Virus record (IMG/VR): IMGVR_UViG_3300036987_000072 | Coordinates: 1 to 58,520 of that record | Direction: 5' to 3' (one strand) | DNA length: 58,520 bases | DNA from: a virus | Taxonomy: Duplodnaviria > Caudoviricetes | In this document: positions 25,315-34,428 of the stretch, piece by piece | How positions within the stretch are numbered: the stretch's first letter is position 1 | Layout of the letters: every line of letters starts with the position of its first letter | Made by a program: the position numbers and the translations under genes | The notes under the pieces: generated by a model | What the model saw: the letters and a program-made list of their open reading frames with translations, nothing else | Databases searched by the model: none | What the model was told of the DNA's origin: nothing

Positions 25315-25872
25315 ATGGCCGCGATAACGATGCACTGGTCCGGCGACGGCATCCCCAAGATGCACATCGCCATGGATAGGCTGTCGGGCAACCAGAAGTA
25401 CACCGCCCTGCGCCGGGCGCTCAACCATACCGGCGACAAGGTGCACACCATCGTGCTGCGCACGCTGTCAAAGCAGATCGGTGCGCCCCAGAACGTGATC
25501 CGGCGCTACGGCAAGATCAGCAAGCAGCGCGCCACCGGGGCAGGCCTTACGTACACCATACGGGCTAGTGGTGGGCCGATACCGTTGAAACATTTTCGCG
25601 CGTATCAGACCGCTAAGGGCGTGTCGGCCGCGCCTTGGAACAATCGCAAACTCTATCGCTCGGCGTTCATCATCGGCGGCGGCGGCAACGGCCATGCGTT
25701 CTGGCGCGTGGGCAGTGCGCGCTTGCCGATCAAGGGCATCACCGGCCCGAACGTGCCGAAGGAAATGGTGAAGGATGCGAGCGCTGCCGCGTTCCATTCG
25801 GTAACGTCGGCCGAACTGCCGCGGCGTGTGGCACACGAGATCAAAGTCATCACGAACGGCGTCGTGTCCTAA
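25315..25872 (+). CDS. Minor tail/neck protein, lambda gpZ-like
   Basis: ALRRALNHT..PIPLKHF..KGVSA..SAFI..RLPIK.ITGPNVP. Confidence 0.65.
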   Translation: MAAITMHWSGDGIPKMHIAMDRLSGNQKYTALRRALNHTGDKVHTIVLRTLSKQIGAPQNVIRRYGKISKQRATGAGLTYTIRASGGPIPLKHFRAYQTAKGVSAAPWNNRKLYRSAFIIGGGGNGHAFWRVGSARLPIKGITGPNVPKEMVKDASAAAFHSVTSAELPRRVAHEIKVITNGVVS

Positions 25873-25888
25873 CGAGGGGGCAGCTCGC

Positions 25889-25950
25889 GGGTCCCTTCCA
25901 GGCCCCGCCCCCACCTGCGGGGCGGCGGCCGCCCGGGGTTCGCCAATTTT
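25889..25950 (+). other. Lambda-like cos site (cosQ-like 25889-25895, cosN-like 25920-25931)
   Basis: GGGTCCC TTCC..TGCG GGGCGGCGGCCG CCCGGGGTTCGC parallels lambda GGGTCCT TTCC..TACG GGGCGGCGACCT CGCGGGTTTTCGC; just upstream of terS. Confidence 0.75.
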
Positions 25951-26020
25951 TCAGGTCCAAAAATCTGCATTTCCGTTTCCGGTTTTGCAGTGTTTACGGG
26001 CCTTTTCGAGGGGTCGATAA

Positions 26021-26566
26021 ATGGCGCGCAAGCCGACCAAGAAACCGCGCGTCAAAACTCCGCAAGAAAATGACGGTCCGGAATTGGTGTCGGCCGCCAG
26101 GTTAGCCAAGTGTTTCGGCCTTACAGAGCGCCGGGTGCGGCAGCTCGCCGACGAGGGCGTCGTGGTCAAAAGCGGCAGGGCGCTTTACGACCTCGCCAAG
26201 TCGACGCAGGCCATGTTCCGACACATCCGCGAAACGGAAATCGCTAAGCGTGAAAGCGAGGCGTCGTCGCGTTCGCAGTTCGAAGCCGAGCGAGCGCGCA
26301 AGCTCAAGCTCGAAAACGACGAGAAAGAAAACATCTTAATCGAGACGCCGACGGCGATCGCCGCCATCGACTTCATCGTGGGAAGGCTTCGCACCGGGCT
26401 CGCCGGCGTGCCGGCCAGAGTTTCAGAGGACGTCGCCACGCGCCGGCGAGTTGAGAATGCCATCGACGACGTTCTCCTCGAAGTCAGCGACAACTTTGAA
26501 AAAGCTGCAACCCTTCTGGGTGAGGGGCGCGATCCTTTCGAAGCCGACGAAGCGGCAGCCGCCTGA
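26021..26566 (+). CDS. Terminase small subunit (Nu1-like)
   Basis: wHTH SAARLAKCFGLTERRVRQLADEG..YDL, coiled coil; position. Confidence 0.85.
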   Translation: MARKPTKKPRVKTPQENDGPELVSAARLAKCFGLTERRVRQLADEGVVVKSGRALYDLAKSTQAMFRHIRETEIAKRESEASSRSQFEAERARKLKLENDEKENILIETPTAIAAIDFIVGRLRTGLAGVPARVSEDVATRRRVENAIDDVLLEVSDNFEKAATLLGEGRDPFEADEAAAA

Positions 26567-28553
26567 CGAGTGGGCGAAAGACAACCGGATCTATCCGCCA
26601 TCGTCGGACCGACCAGGTCCTCGCAATGTGCAGCTTACGCCGTACATCGTCGACTACGTTCGGGCCTTCGAAAACCACCTTTACGACACGGTGGCGCTGG
26701 TCTGCGGATCGCAGATGGGCAAGTCGGAGGCCGATCTCGACGTCATCGGCCAAACGCTCGACCAGCGGCCGGCGCCGATCATTTACGTCGCGCCGAGTGA
26801 GACGTTCCTGCGCGAGGAGATTGAGCCGCGTCTGACGTCGCTGATCGAGCAATCGGCGAGCCTCAAGGCGAAGGCGAGCGGCGGCAAGAAGTCGACAAAG
26901 TACAAAAAGATCGTCGCCGGCGTGGCGGTCCGGCTGTTGTGGGCAGGATCTGCGTCGCAGCTGTCGGGCACAACCGCCAAGCTGGCGCTCGTCGACGAGC
27001 TGGACCGCATGGTCAGCAACGTGCAGGGCGACGGCGACCCGCTAACGCTGGTCGATGCTCGAGGCTTTGCGCACAAGGACAGAAAGCGCGGCGTCACGTC
27101 GACGCCAAAATGCGGTAATGCCGACATCATCAGGGACGAGGTTTCGGGCCTCGAATTCTGGAAGCGCATGCCGCCGGAGGACATCGAAAGCCCGATCTGG
27201 CGCGTCTGGCAGCGCGGCACCATGCACCATTTCGCCTGGCCCTGCCCTGAGTGCGCGACCTACTTTGTGCCGCGCTTCAAGCAGCTGCGCATCCCTGAGA
27301 ATGCGACGTCGGCCGAAGCAAAGCGCCACGCGCACGTCGAATGCCCGCACTGCGGCGGCGTGATCGAGGAACACCACAAGCCGGACCTCAACGCTCGCGG
27401 GCGCTACGTGGCGCCAGGTCAGGAAATCTCGCCCGACGGCATCGTCACCGGCGACCCACCGGACACGTCGACCATCAGCTTCTGGGTGTCGGGGATCTGT
27501 TCGCCGTTCGTCACGATCGGCGAGCGCGCCGCGGCCTACATCGAGGCTAAGGAATCGGGCAGCCAAGAAAAGCTGCAGGCGGTAATAAATACCGGCTTCG
27601 GTGAGCTGTGGGCGCCAGGCGCCGGCGACGTTCCCGAGTGGACCGAGGTCGCTGCGCTTCGCAGGCCATACAAAAAGCTCGAGATTCCGGTCGGCGTTCG
27701 GGTTCTCACGCTTGCGGCCGACGTTCAAAAGCGGCGCATCGTCTACACGATCCGCGGCTGGGGCGCTCGCGGCAGTTCCTGGCTGATCGACTTCGGCGAG
27801 CTGCACGGCCACACGACCGAGGACGACGTCTGGAACGACTTCGCCGAGCTGCTGCACCGGCCGATCGAAGATCGCGCCATCCGCATGGCTTTCATCGACT
27901 CCGGTTTCCGCCCCGGCAAGCCGGAGAACGTGCCAGTCAATAAGGTCTATGATTTCTGTCGGCGGTTCCCGCGCCTGGTGTACCCGACCAAGGGTCGCGC
28001 GACGCAGGACAAGCCGCTCATTCCGAGCAAGATCGAGGTCACCGCGCGCGGTTCGGCGCGAAAATACGGCCTCGACTTGATCTGGCTCGACACGGACCAT
28101 TTCAAGAGCTGGGTTCACGAGCGCATCCGCTGGGAGCCTAATCAACCGGGCGCATGGCTGCTGCCGCAGGACACCACCGACGACTACTGCAAGCAGATCG
28201 TCGCCGAGGCGCGCGTAAAAAAGCCGAACGGTCAACCGCAATGGGTCGCGCGCAGCCGCGAGAACCATTACCTCGACTGTGAAGCGATGCAGGCGGCCGT
28301 CGGGCACATGCTCAGCGTGCACCTGATGCGACCGGACGACACCGAAAGCGCGTCACCGCCACCACCGACACCGGCAGAACCGGCGCCGGCGGCCGGCAAC
28401 GTCGCGCAAGCTGCCCAACGTGCTCGAGCCGAGAAGCCACAAACGCCGTCGAAGCCGATCGTCGCGCCACGCGCACTAGCGTCGAAAGTCGACGCCGCAG
28501 CGGCGCGCAAGCAACGCATCCAGGATCTCGCGGTGCGGATGAGGACACGATGA
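26451..28553 (+). CDS. Terminase large subunit (lambda gpA family); start uncertain
   Basis: TPY, GSQMGKSE (Walker A), DELDR (Walker B), TSTP, CPEC/CPHC, DVQ, IDSG, NHYLDC. Confidence 0.93.
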   Translation: MRMPSTTFSSKSATTLKKLQPFWVRGAILSKPTKRQPPDEWAKDNRIYPPSSDRPGPRNVQLTPYIVDYVRAFENHLYDTVALVCGSQMGKSEADLDVIGQTLDQRPAPIIYVAPSETFLREEIEPRLTSLIEQSASLKAKASGGKKSTKYKKIVAGVAVRLLWAGSASQLSGTTAKLALVDELDRMVSNVQGDGDPLTLVDARGFAHKDRKRGVTSTPKCGNADIIRDEVSGLEFWKRMPPEDIESPIWRVWQRGTMHHFAWPCPECATYFVPRFKQLRIPENATSAEAKRHAHVECPHCGGVIEEHHKPDLNARGRYVAPGQEISPDGIVTGDPPDTSTISFWVSGICSPFVTIGERAAAYIEAKESGSQEKLQAVINTGFGELWAPGAGDVPEWTEVAALRRPYKKLEIPVGVRVLTLAADVQKRRIVYTIRGWGARGSSWLIDFGELHGHTTEDDVWNDFAELLHRPIEDRAIRMAFIDSGFRPGKPENVPVNKVYDFCRRFPRLVYPTKGRATQDKPLIPSKIEVTARGSARKYGLDLIWLDTDHFKSWVHERIRWEPNQPGAWLLPQDTTDDYCKQIVAEARVKKPNGQPQWVARSRENHYLDCEAMQAAVGHMLSVHLMRPDDTESASPPPPTPAEPAPAAGNVAQAAQRARAEKPQTPSKPIVAPRALASKVDAAAARKQRIQDLAVRMRTR

Positions 28554-28822
28554 CCGAGCCAACACCTTGCCTCTTGGTGCTGCGCAAGCTCAAGGAAGCG
28601 ATCGACGCGCGCATGACCGGCACGGGCGTGCAGAGCGTCGGCCACAAGGGCCGAACGCTCGAGTACGCAACCATGAACGTCGGCGAGATGATGAAATATT
28701 ATATGCAGCTCTGGCGCCAGTGCCCCGCGGCGCAGGCCGAGCTGCCGGAGCTGCAGCCGCTTGACGGGCCGACCGGCACGCGCGGGCGGCCGGCTATCTT
28801 TGTTGGCAGCGGGCGGGTCTGA
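28550..28822 (+). CDS. Head-tail joining protein, gpW-like
   Basis: MTGTGVQSVGHKGRTLEY; between terL and portal. Confidence 0.7.
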   Translation: MTEPTPCLLVLRKLKEAIDARMTGTGVQSVGHKGRTLEYATMNVGEMMKYYMQLWRQCPAAQAELPELQPLDGPTGTRGRPAIFVGSGRV

Positions 28823-30432
28823 TGGCGAGAACGCGCAAGGTCAGAGCCGCCGCGCCGAGCGTCCAGAAGCCGCGCGCAAGCATGGGTGAAACGGCTTACA
28901 CGGGCGCCAGCCGCCGCGACCAAAACATCGCCATGTGGCAGCCGGGGCTGCGGTCGGCCGACGCTGAAATCATGCGCGACGCCGCGATGGTTCGTGCCCG
29001 AGCCCGCGACCTCGAGCGCAACCACCCCTACGCCAAGCAGGCGGTGCGGATCTCGCGTCTTGGCGTCGTGGGCAAGCAGCTGCGCTATTCCTGCCGGCCC
29101 GACTATCGTTTTCTCGGCATCGACTTCGAGGAGGCGGTCCGCTGGGGGCAGGAATTCGAGCGCGTGTGGGAGAGCTACGCACACGGCCCGTCGTGCTTCA
29201 TCGACGCCGGCCGGCGCATGAGCTTCACGCAGATGATGGGGCTGGCGCACGATCGCGATTTTGTGGACGGCGAAAGCTTCACGACGGCCGAGTGGGCGCC
29301 GTCGCGCAAATGGCGCACGTGTTTTCAGGCAGTCGACGTCGATCGCCTCTCCAATCCGCACGGCGCACCGGAAACGACCTATTTAAAGGGTGGCGTCGCG
29401 CTGAACGATCTGTCGGAGCCGGTTGGCTATTGGGTGCGCGACAGCCACCCGGCCGATGTCGGCTTTCAGGGCGCGCGCGTGTTGAGCTGGTCGTTCGTCC
29501 GACGCGAAACCGATTGGGGCCGATCGGTCGCGCTGCATACGTTTGACGTCAGCCGGCCAGGGCAGACGCGTGGCATGTCTGAATTCGCCTCGGTCATCCG
29601 CGACATGAAAATGGGCCGCGAATACACCGAGACGGCGCTCGCTGCGGCCATTCTGCAGGCGTCCTACGCCGCGGTGATGACTTCGCAGCAGAATTATAAG
29701 GACGCCCTCGAGATCATCGCGTCGGGCCCACCGGACTCGGCGCCCAGCATCGCCGACGTCGCGCTCGAGAACCTCGAGGCGGCCGTCGCCTACCACGACG
29801 AGGCAAAGATCCGCTTCAACGGCGCCAAGGTGCCGATCCTATGGCCAGGCGAGAAGCTCGAACTGCTCACGCCGGGCCAGAGCGCCAACAGCCTCGCCGA
29901 TTTCCAGAGCCACGCGACTAAGTCTTACGCGGCCGGCACCGGCACCGATCCGATCTCGGTGAGCCAGGACTATTCCGACGTGAATTACTCAAGCGCCAAG
30001 ATGGCCGTCGCATCGAACTGGCGGACCTACGAGGCGCGTCGCGAGCGCCTGGTCGGTGGTCTCGCCATGCCGATGGTCGCGGCTTTCCTCGAGGAGATCG
30101 TATTTTCGGGGGCGATGCCGCTGCCGAAAGGCGTGTCGGAGCTAGATTTTTACGATGCACGCGACGCGCTGATCAAAGGCAAGTTTATCACCGCCGGCGC
30201 GCCCATGCTCGACCCGGTCAAGGAGCGCCAGGCGCAGAAGCTTGGCGTCGAAATCGGCGTCGACACCCTGCAGGACATCTGCGCCGAGGAAGGCAAGGAT
30301 TACCTCGACGTGCTCGACCAGCTGCAGCGTGAAGCAATGGAGCGCGAGCAGCGCGGCCTGCCACCGCCGTCGCCGCTGATGCTTCCGCCGGCACCGGCCG
30401 ACGCTGGTGAGAAAGAGGGCGCTCCGCAATGA
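28822..30432 (+). CDS. Portal protein, lambda family
   Basis: RARARDLERNHPYA, RPGQTRG, SQDYSDVNYSSAK, LDPVKE. Confidence 0.93.
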   Translation: MARTRKVRAAAPSVQKPRASMGETAYTGASRRDQNIAMWQPGLRSADAEIMRDAAMVRARARDLERNHPYAKQAVRISRLGVVGKQLRYSCRPDYRFLGIDFEEAVRWGQEFERVWESYAHGPSCFIDAGRRMSFTQMMGLAHDRDFVDGESFTTAEWAPSRKWRTCFQAVDVDRLSNPHGAPETTYLKGGVALNDLSEPVGYWVRDSHPADVGFQGARVLSWSFVRRETDWGRSVALHTFDVSRPGQTRGMSEFASVIRDMKMGREYTETALAAAILQASYAAVMTSQQNYKDALEIIASGPPDSAPSIADVALENLEAAVAYHDEAKIRFNGAKVPILWPGEKLELLTPGQSANSLADFQSHATKSYAAGTGTDPISVSQDYSDVNYSSAKMAVASNWRTYEARRERLVGGLAMPMVAAFLEEIVFSGAMPLPKGVSELDFYDARDALIKGKFITAGAPMLDPVKERQAQKLGVEIGVDTLQDICAEEGKDYLDVLDQLQREAMEREQRGLPPPSPLMLPPAPADAGEKEGAPQ

Positions 30433-31955
30433 CCAAGGCCGAAATCAAAGCGCGCCAGCAGACGCTACGCGATGCCGGTTTTGACGTCGCGATCGACGGC
30501 GTTGAAGGCGACTCCACGCGTAAGGCGTGGGAGACGTACCAGAGCAGCCAGGCGCGCGTTGACCAAGCGAGGGCGGCGGCCGAGGGCGCAAAGGCGACGG
30601 CCGAGGCCGAGCGCGCGAGGTCGGAAGCCGAGGCGATCCGCGCCAGGGCCGAGTTGGCGCGCCAGGAATCGGACGCCAAGAAGCGCATCGACGAGGCGGC
30701 CGAGAAGCAGCGCGCTTTCGATCGCGAGCTGCAGGACCGCGCCGACAAAGAGGCGCGCGAGGCGCGCGAGGGACTGCGCAAAGCCGGCATCAACGCCGCG
30801 GCGCTCGGCGCCGGGCTTTATGGCGGCCTGGTCTACGCCAAGCAGATCGACGCGCACCGCACCACGGCCGTCAATGCAGCCGCTCCGAAGCTGGCGACGC
30901 TCGCCAAAGAGACACGAACGGTCATCAAGCAGTACGAGGCCGGCAAAAACGTGCCGGCGGCCGCCAAGAAGCTGCGCGGCATCGTAAATGCAGCCGACAA
31001 GGCGAAATTCACCGCGCGCGCGCCGCTCGGCATCGGGCCAGCGTTCGTTCTGGCGGTCGAGGGCGCCATTTCTCGATACATCATCGCGCCGCAGTTCGAA
31101 GATCCGACCGCGCGCGAAGCATTCCAGGCGCTCGGCACCACGTCGGCCGTTGCCGCGACCACGATTATCGGCAAGGGCGCCGTCAACGTCGCCACGCCAA
31201 GCGCGCCGGTAAACGGGCGCGACCTGGCCGCCATCGAATCCGCTCGCACGATCGCCGATGCAGAAGCCAAGGCCGTGCGCGCTAAGACGGTAATTCCACG
31301 TGGGCCGCGGTCGACGATCGCGGCAGCGCTCAATAAGGCGAAGCCGGGCGTCAAGCTCGCCGGCGGCGCTGGCGCACTGGCGATCGCCGGTCCTGCAGTG
31401 GTCGCGTTGACGGCGTACGACTCCACCAAGAGCGCAGCGCTGGCCGAGGGCGCCGGTGAGGGCGCCGCCACGGCTCGAGCTGCCGGCACTGCGGCCCTGG
31501 TTGGTGGCGCGGTCGCCGCCGGCGGCATAGCGATCGCGAAAGGCATCATGACGGCCGCGCGCGCGGTCGCCAAGGCGTTGCCCGCCGTCGGCGCGATCGG
31601 CTCGAAAGCCGGTCCTGTAGCGATGGCCGGGTTCGCCGGCTACGCTGGTTATGAGGGCTACAAGGCAGGCGGCGTGCCCGGCGCGGCGATGGGCGTCGCC
31701 GACAGCGTCACCATGGGCGGCCTGTCGCTGCTTAACGAGAAGGCGCGAGCGGCGCTGCTGCCGAATGACGGCAAAGACCGCGCCTATCACGCGCCACGCA
31801 GCGGGCGTGCCTACTTGAACGCGCAGGCGGCCGATCGCAGCCAAGCCGAGCGCCGTGCCGCGCCGGTGACGGCGACCAGGTCGAGCAACGGATGGGTTGA
31901 GGGCTACCTGCGCAGCAACGGCGTGCGCGTCGAAGGCTATCGGCGCGCAGCGTAG
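30429..31955 (+). CDS. Head-region inserted protein A: PG-binding-like N-terminus, Ala/Gly-rich hydrophobic helices, conserved C-terminal module
   Basis: IKARQQTLRDAGFDVAIDGVEGDSTRKAWETYQ resembles PG_binding_1; C-terminus paralogous to the next gene. Confidence 0.7.
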   Translation: MTKAEIKARQQTLRDAGFDVAIDGVEGDSTRKAWETYQSSQARVDQARAAAEGAKATAEAERARSEAEAIRARAELARQESDAKKRIDEAAEKQRAFDRELQDRADKEAREAREGLRKAGINAAALGAGLYGGLVYAKQIDAHRTTAVNAAAPKLATLAKETRTVIKQYEAGKNVPAAAKKLRGIVNAADKAKFTARAPLGIGPAFVLAVEGAISRYIIAPQFEDPTAREAFQALGTTSAVAATTIIGKGAVNVATPSAPVNGRDLAAIESARTIADAEAKAVRAKTVIPRGPRSTIAAALNKAKPGVKLAGGAGALAIAGPAVVALTAYDSTKSAALAEGAGEGAATARAAGTAALVGGAVAAGGIAIAKGIMTAARAVAKALPAVGAIGSKAGPVAMAGFAGYAGYEGYKAGGVPGAAMGVADSVTMGGLSLLNEKARAALLPNDGKDRAYHAPRSGRAYLNAQAADRSQAERRAAPVTATRSSNGWVEGYLRSNGVRVEGYRRAA

Positions 31956-31965
31956 GGGAACAGCG

Positions 31966-34413
31966 ATGGACCGCCAGAAGGATCTCGCGCTCGGTGCCGG
32001 CGCCGCCACGACTCTCGGCGGCGCATTCGCGCTCGCGGCCTGGCGCGATCGCAAGCTGCGCGAATTCGTCGACAACAAGCCGGTGAGCCTGCAGAAGTTC
32101 GATCCGACGCGCATCACCGCCGACCCGGAGTCCTTCCAGTTCAAGGGCGGCGGCGACGCGGCCGGCGTCACGGAGCGCTTGCGCGGCGTCAGCAAGTGGG
32201 ACCCTGTCGCGGCCGGCAAGGCCGTGGTTTTCGAGCGCGTCGATGGCACGCTCGTCATCGCCGACGGTCATCAACGGCTGGGGCTTGCCAAGCGCGTCAG
32301 CGCCAGCGGCCAGCAGGCCCGGCTCGACGGCTATCTTTTCCGCGAGCGCGACGGATGGACGCCCAAGGACGTGCGCGCCTACGCGGCGCTGAAGAACATT
32401 AAAGAGCTTTCCGGCGCCGCGCTGGACATGGCGAAAGTGATCCGCGAGCGACCCGACCTGGTCGACGGCTCGGTTCCCATGTCGGACGCGAAGATCAAAG
32501 AGGCGATGAGCCTCTCGAAGCTGTCGCCCAAAGCTTTCAACATGGTCGCCGGCGGCGTCATTCGACCCGAACTCGCCGTCGCCGTGGGTGATGTCGCTGA
32601 CACCGCGCGGCACGCGTCGCTGATCGGCGAAATGGTGAAGGCCGACGTCGGCACGATCCAACAGGCCAGACTATACGTCGGCCAGGCGATGGCCGCGCCG
32701 AACATCGTCGAAACCAATCTCTCGCTATTCGGCGAGGAGATCGACACGAGGTCGCTCGTCAGCGAGCGGACCGCGGTGCTCGATAAGGCGCTGTCGGTCC
32801 TTAAGAGCGATCGCAAGGTTTTCGCCACGCTCGAGCGCGAGGCATCGCGGATCGAGGACGCTGGCAACAAGCTCGCACGGCATTCGAATGCCGCGCGCGC
32901 CGAGTCCGCTGGCCAGCTCAACGCACTGGTCGAAAAGCTCGCCACCAGGCACGGGCCCGTGTCGTCGATGCTCGATGAGGCGGCACGCGGCGTCGCCGGC
33001 GGCGAGCAGCCCGGCGTAGCAGCCAGAAAATTCGTCGAGACACTCACGGCGCGCGCCAGATCCGCCGGCGGGCTCAATGCACTGCTAACCGGCGAGACGC
33101 CAGCGCCGGCGCCAGCGATAGAGCCGGCGCCAAAGGGCCAAGGGTCGCTGCTACCGGAGCCGACCACGCGGGAGAAAGTCGCCGCGCAGGCCAAGGCGAT
33201 GGAAGTCAAAGGCCGCATCGGCGATCCGGCGGACCAGGGACTATTCAGCTCGAGCAGAGATCAGACGGATCTCGTCGACCAGGCCAAGGCGGCGCCGCAA
33301 CGCGAGCCGCGCAAGCCAACGGCCGACCCGCTCAAGGGGCTTAAAAAGGCGCAGCTGCAGGCTGTCGCAAAAGAGATCAGCGCGCCGGCCGGCGGGAAAC
33401 TGACGGTCGCGCAGCTCCGTGACGGCATCAACGCTGCGGCGGCCGATGGTGGCAAGCTGAGTGCGGTGATCGACAAGATTAAGGGCAACGGGCCGGCTGG
33501 CTGGTCTGACGCCGCCCGCGAGGCAAGCGCGTCTGCGCGCGCCGCCATTAAGGACAGCGCCGGCAACGAGTGGGTGAAGGCGCCGAACAGCGATGCATGG
33601 TCCGTCAAGCGCGAGCCTAATGTGCAACCAGCCGCGGCGGCGACCAGCGCCGTCGACAAGGCATACAAGGCACATCTCGACGCCGTGCGCGACGTCAACG
33701 CCGACCCAAAAACGAAGGCGACCAACATCGCCGACACCCGCGTCGCCCTGCAGGAAGCGCAGCACGCGGCCCGCGCACCGCGGCGCGCTGCGCTCAAGGC
33801 CAACGCCGTCGATAAGCTCGGCGGCAAGCTGGGCGTCGCCGGAATCGCAGCGGCCGCGTTCATCGCCTACGACGCCACGAAACAGCAGGCCGAGGCCGCC
33901 GGCGTATCAACTGCAGATGCCCGGGTCGAGGGCGGCAAGGCGGCGGTGACCGCTGGTGGAATTGCTGCTGCCGTCGGCCTCGGCATCACCAAGGCCGTGC
34001 AGGCAGCCGGCCCCATGATTGGCGGCATCGTCGCTAAGGCATTCGTGCCTGGCACGGTGGCATTCGCGGCCGCAACCCGCGGACGCGAGGGCTACGAAAG
34101 TGGCGGCCTCCCCGGCGCCGGCGTCGAGACCGGAAAGGCGACACTCGATTACATCAGCGGCGGCCTATTGCCCTTACTCAACACGAAAGCGCGCGAGCTG
34201 CTGCTGCCCAACGACGGCCAGGACCGCACCTATCACGCACCGCGCAGCGGCAAGGCATATCTCAACGCGGCCGCGGCGGAGAAAGCAGCTGTCAGCAAGC
34301 CGATCGCCAGCAGCACGCGGCGCGCCGCGGCGCCAGCGCCATCGACCAACGGCTGGGTGCAGGAATACACGCGCAACGATGGCACGCGCGTCGCCAGCTA
34401 TAAGCGCGTCTAG
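31966..34413 (+). CDS. Head-region inserted protein B: ParB/Srx-like domain, HeH-like motif, shared C-terminal module
   Basis: VVFERVDGTLVIADGHQRL (ParB DGHxR); LKKAQLQAVAKE..LTVAQLRDGI; C-terminus paralogous to protein A. Confidence 0.72.
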   Translation: MDRQKDLALGAGAATTLGGAFALAAWRDRKLREFVDNKPVSLQKFDPTRITADPESFQFKGGGDAAGVTERLRGVSKWDPVAAGKAVVFERVDGTLVIADGHQRLGLAKRVSASGQQARLDGYLFRERDGWTPKDVRAYAALKNIKELSGAALDMAKVIRERPDLVDGSVPMSDAKIKEAMSLSKLSPKAFNMVAGGVIRPELAVAVGDVADTARHASLIGEMVKADVGTIQQARLYVGQAMAAPNIVETNLSLFGEEIDTRSLVSERTAVLDKALSVLKSDRKVFATLEREASRIEDAGNKLARHSNAARAESAGQLNALVEKLATRHGPVSSMLDEAARGVAGGEQPGVAARKFVETLTARARSAGGLNALLTGETPAPAPAIEPAPKGQGSLLPEPTTREKVAAQAKAMEVKGRIGDPADQGLFSSSRDQTDLVDQAKAAPQREPRKPTADPLKGLKKAQLQAVAKEISAPAGGKLTVAQLRDGINAAAADGGKLSAVIDKIKGNGPAGWSDAAREASASARAAIKDSAGNEWVKAPNSDAWSVKREPNVQPAAAATSAVDKAYKAHLDAVRDVNADPKTKATNIADTRVALQEAQHAARAPRRAALKANAVDKLGGKLGVAGIAAAAFIAYDATKQQAEAAGVSTADARVEGGKAAVTAGGIAAAVGLGITKAVQAAGPMIGGIVAKAFVPGTVAFAAATRGREGYESGGLPGAGVETGKATLDYISGGLLPLLNTKARELLLPNDGQDRTYHAPRSGKAYLNAAAAEKAAVSKPIASSTRRAAAPAPSTNGWVQEYTRNDGTRVASYKRV

Positions 34414-34428
34414 GACCCCGGGAGCAAC

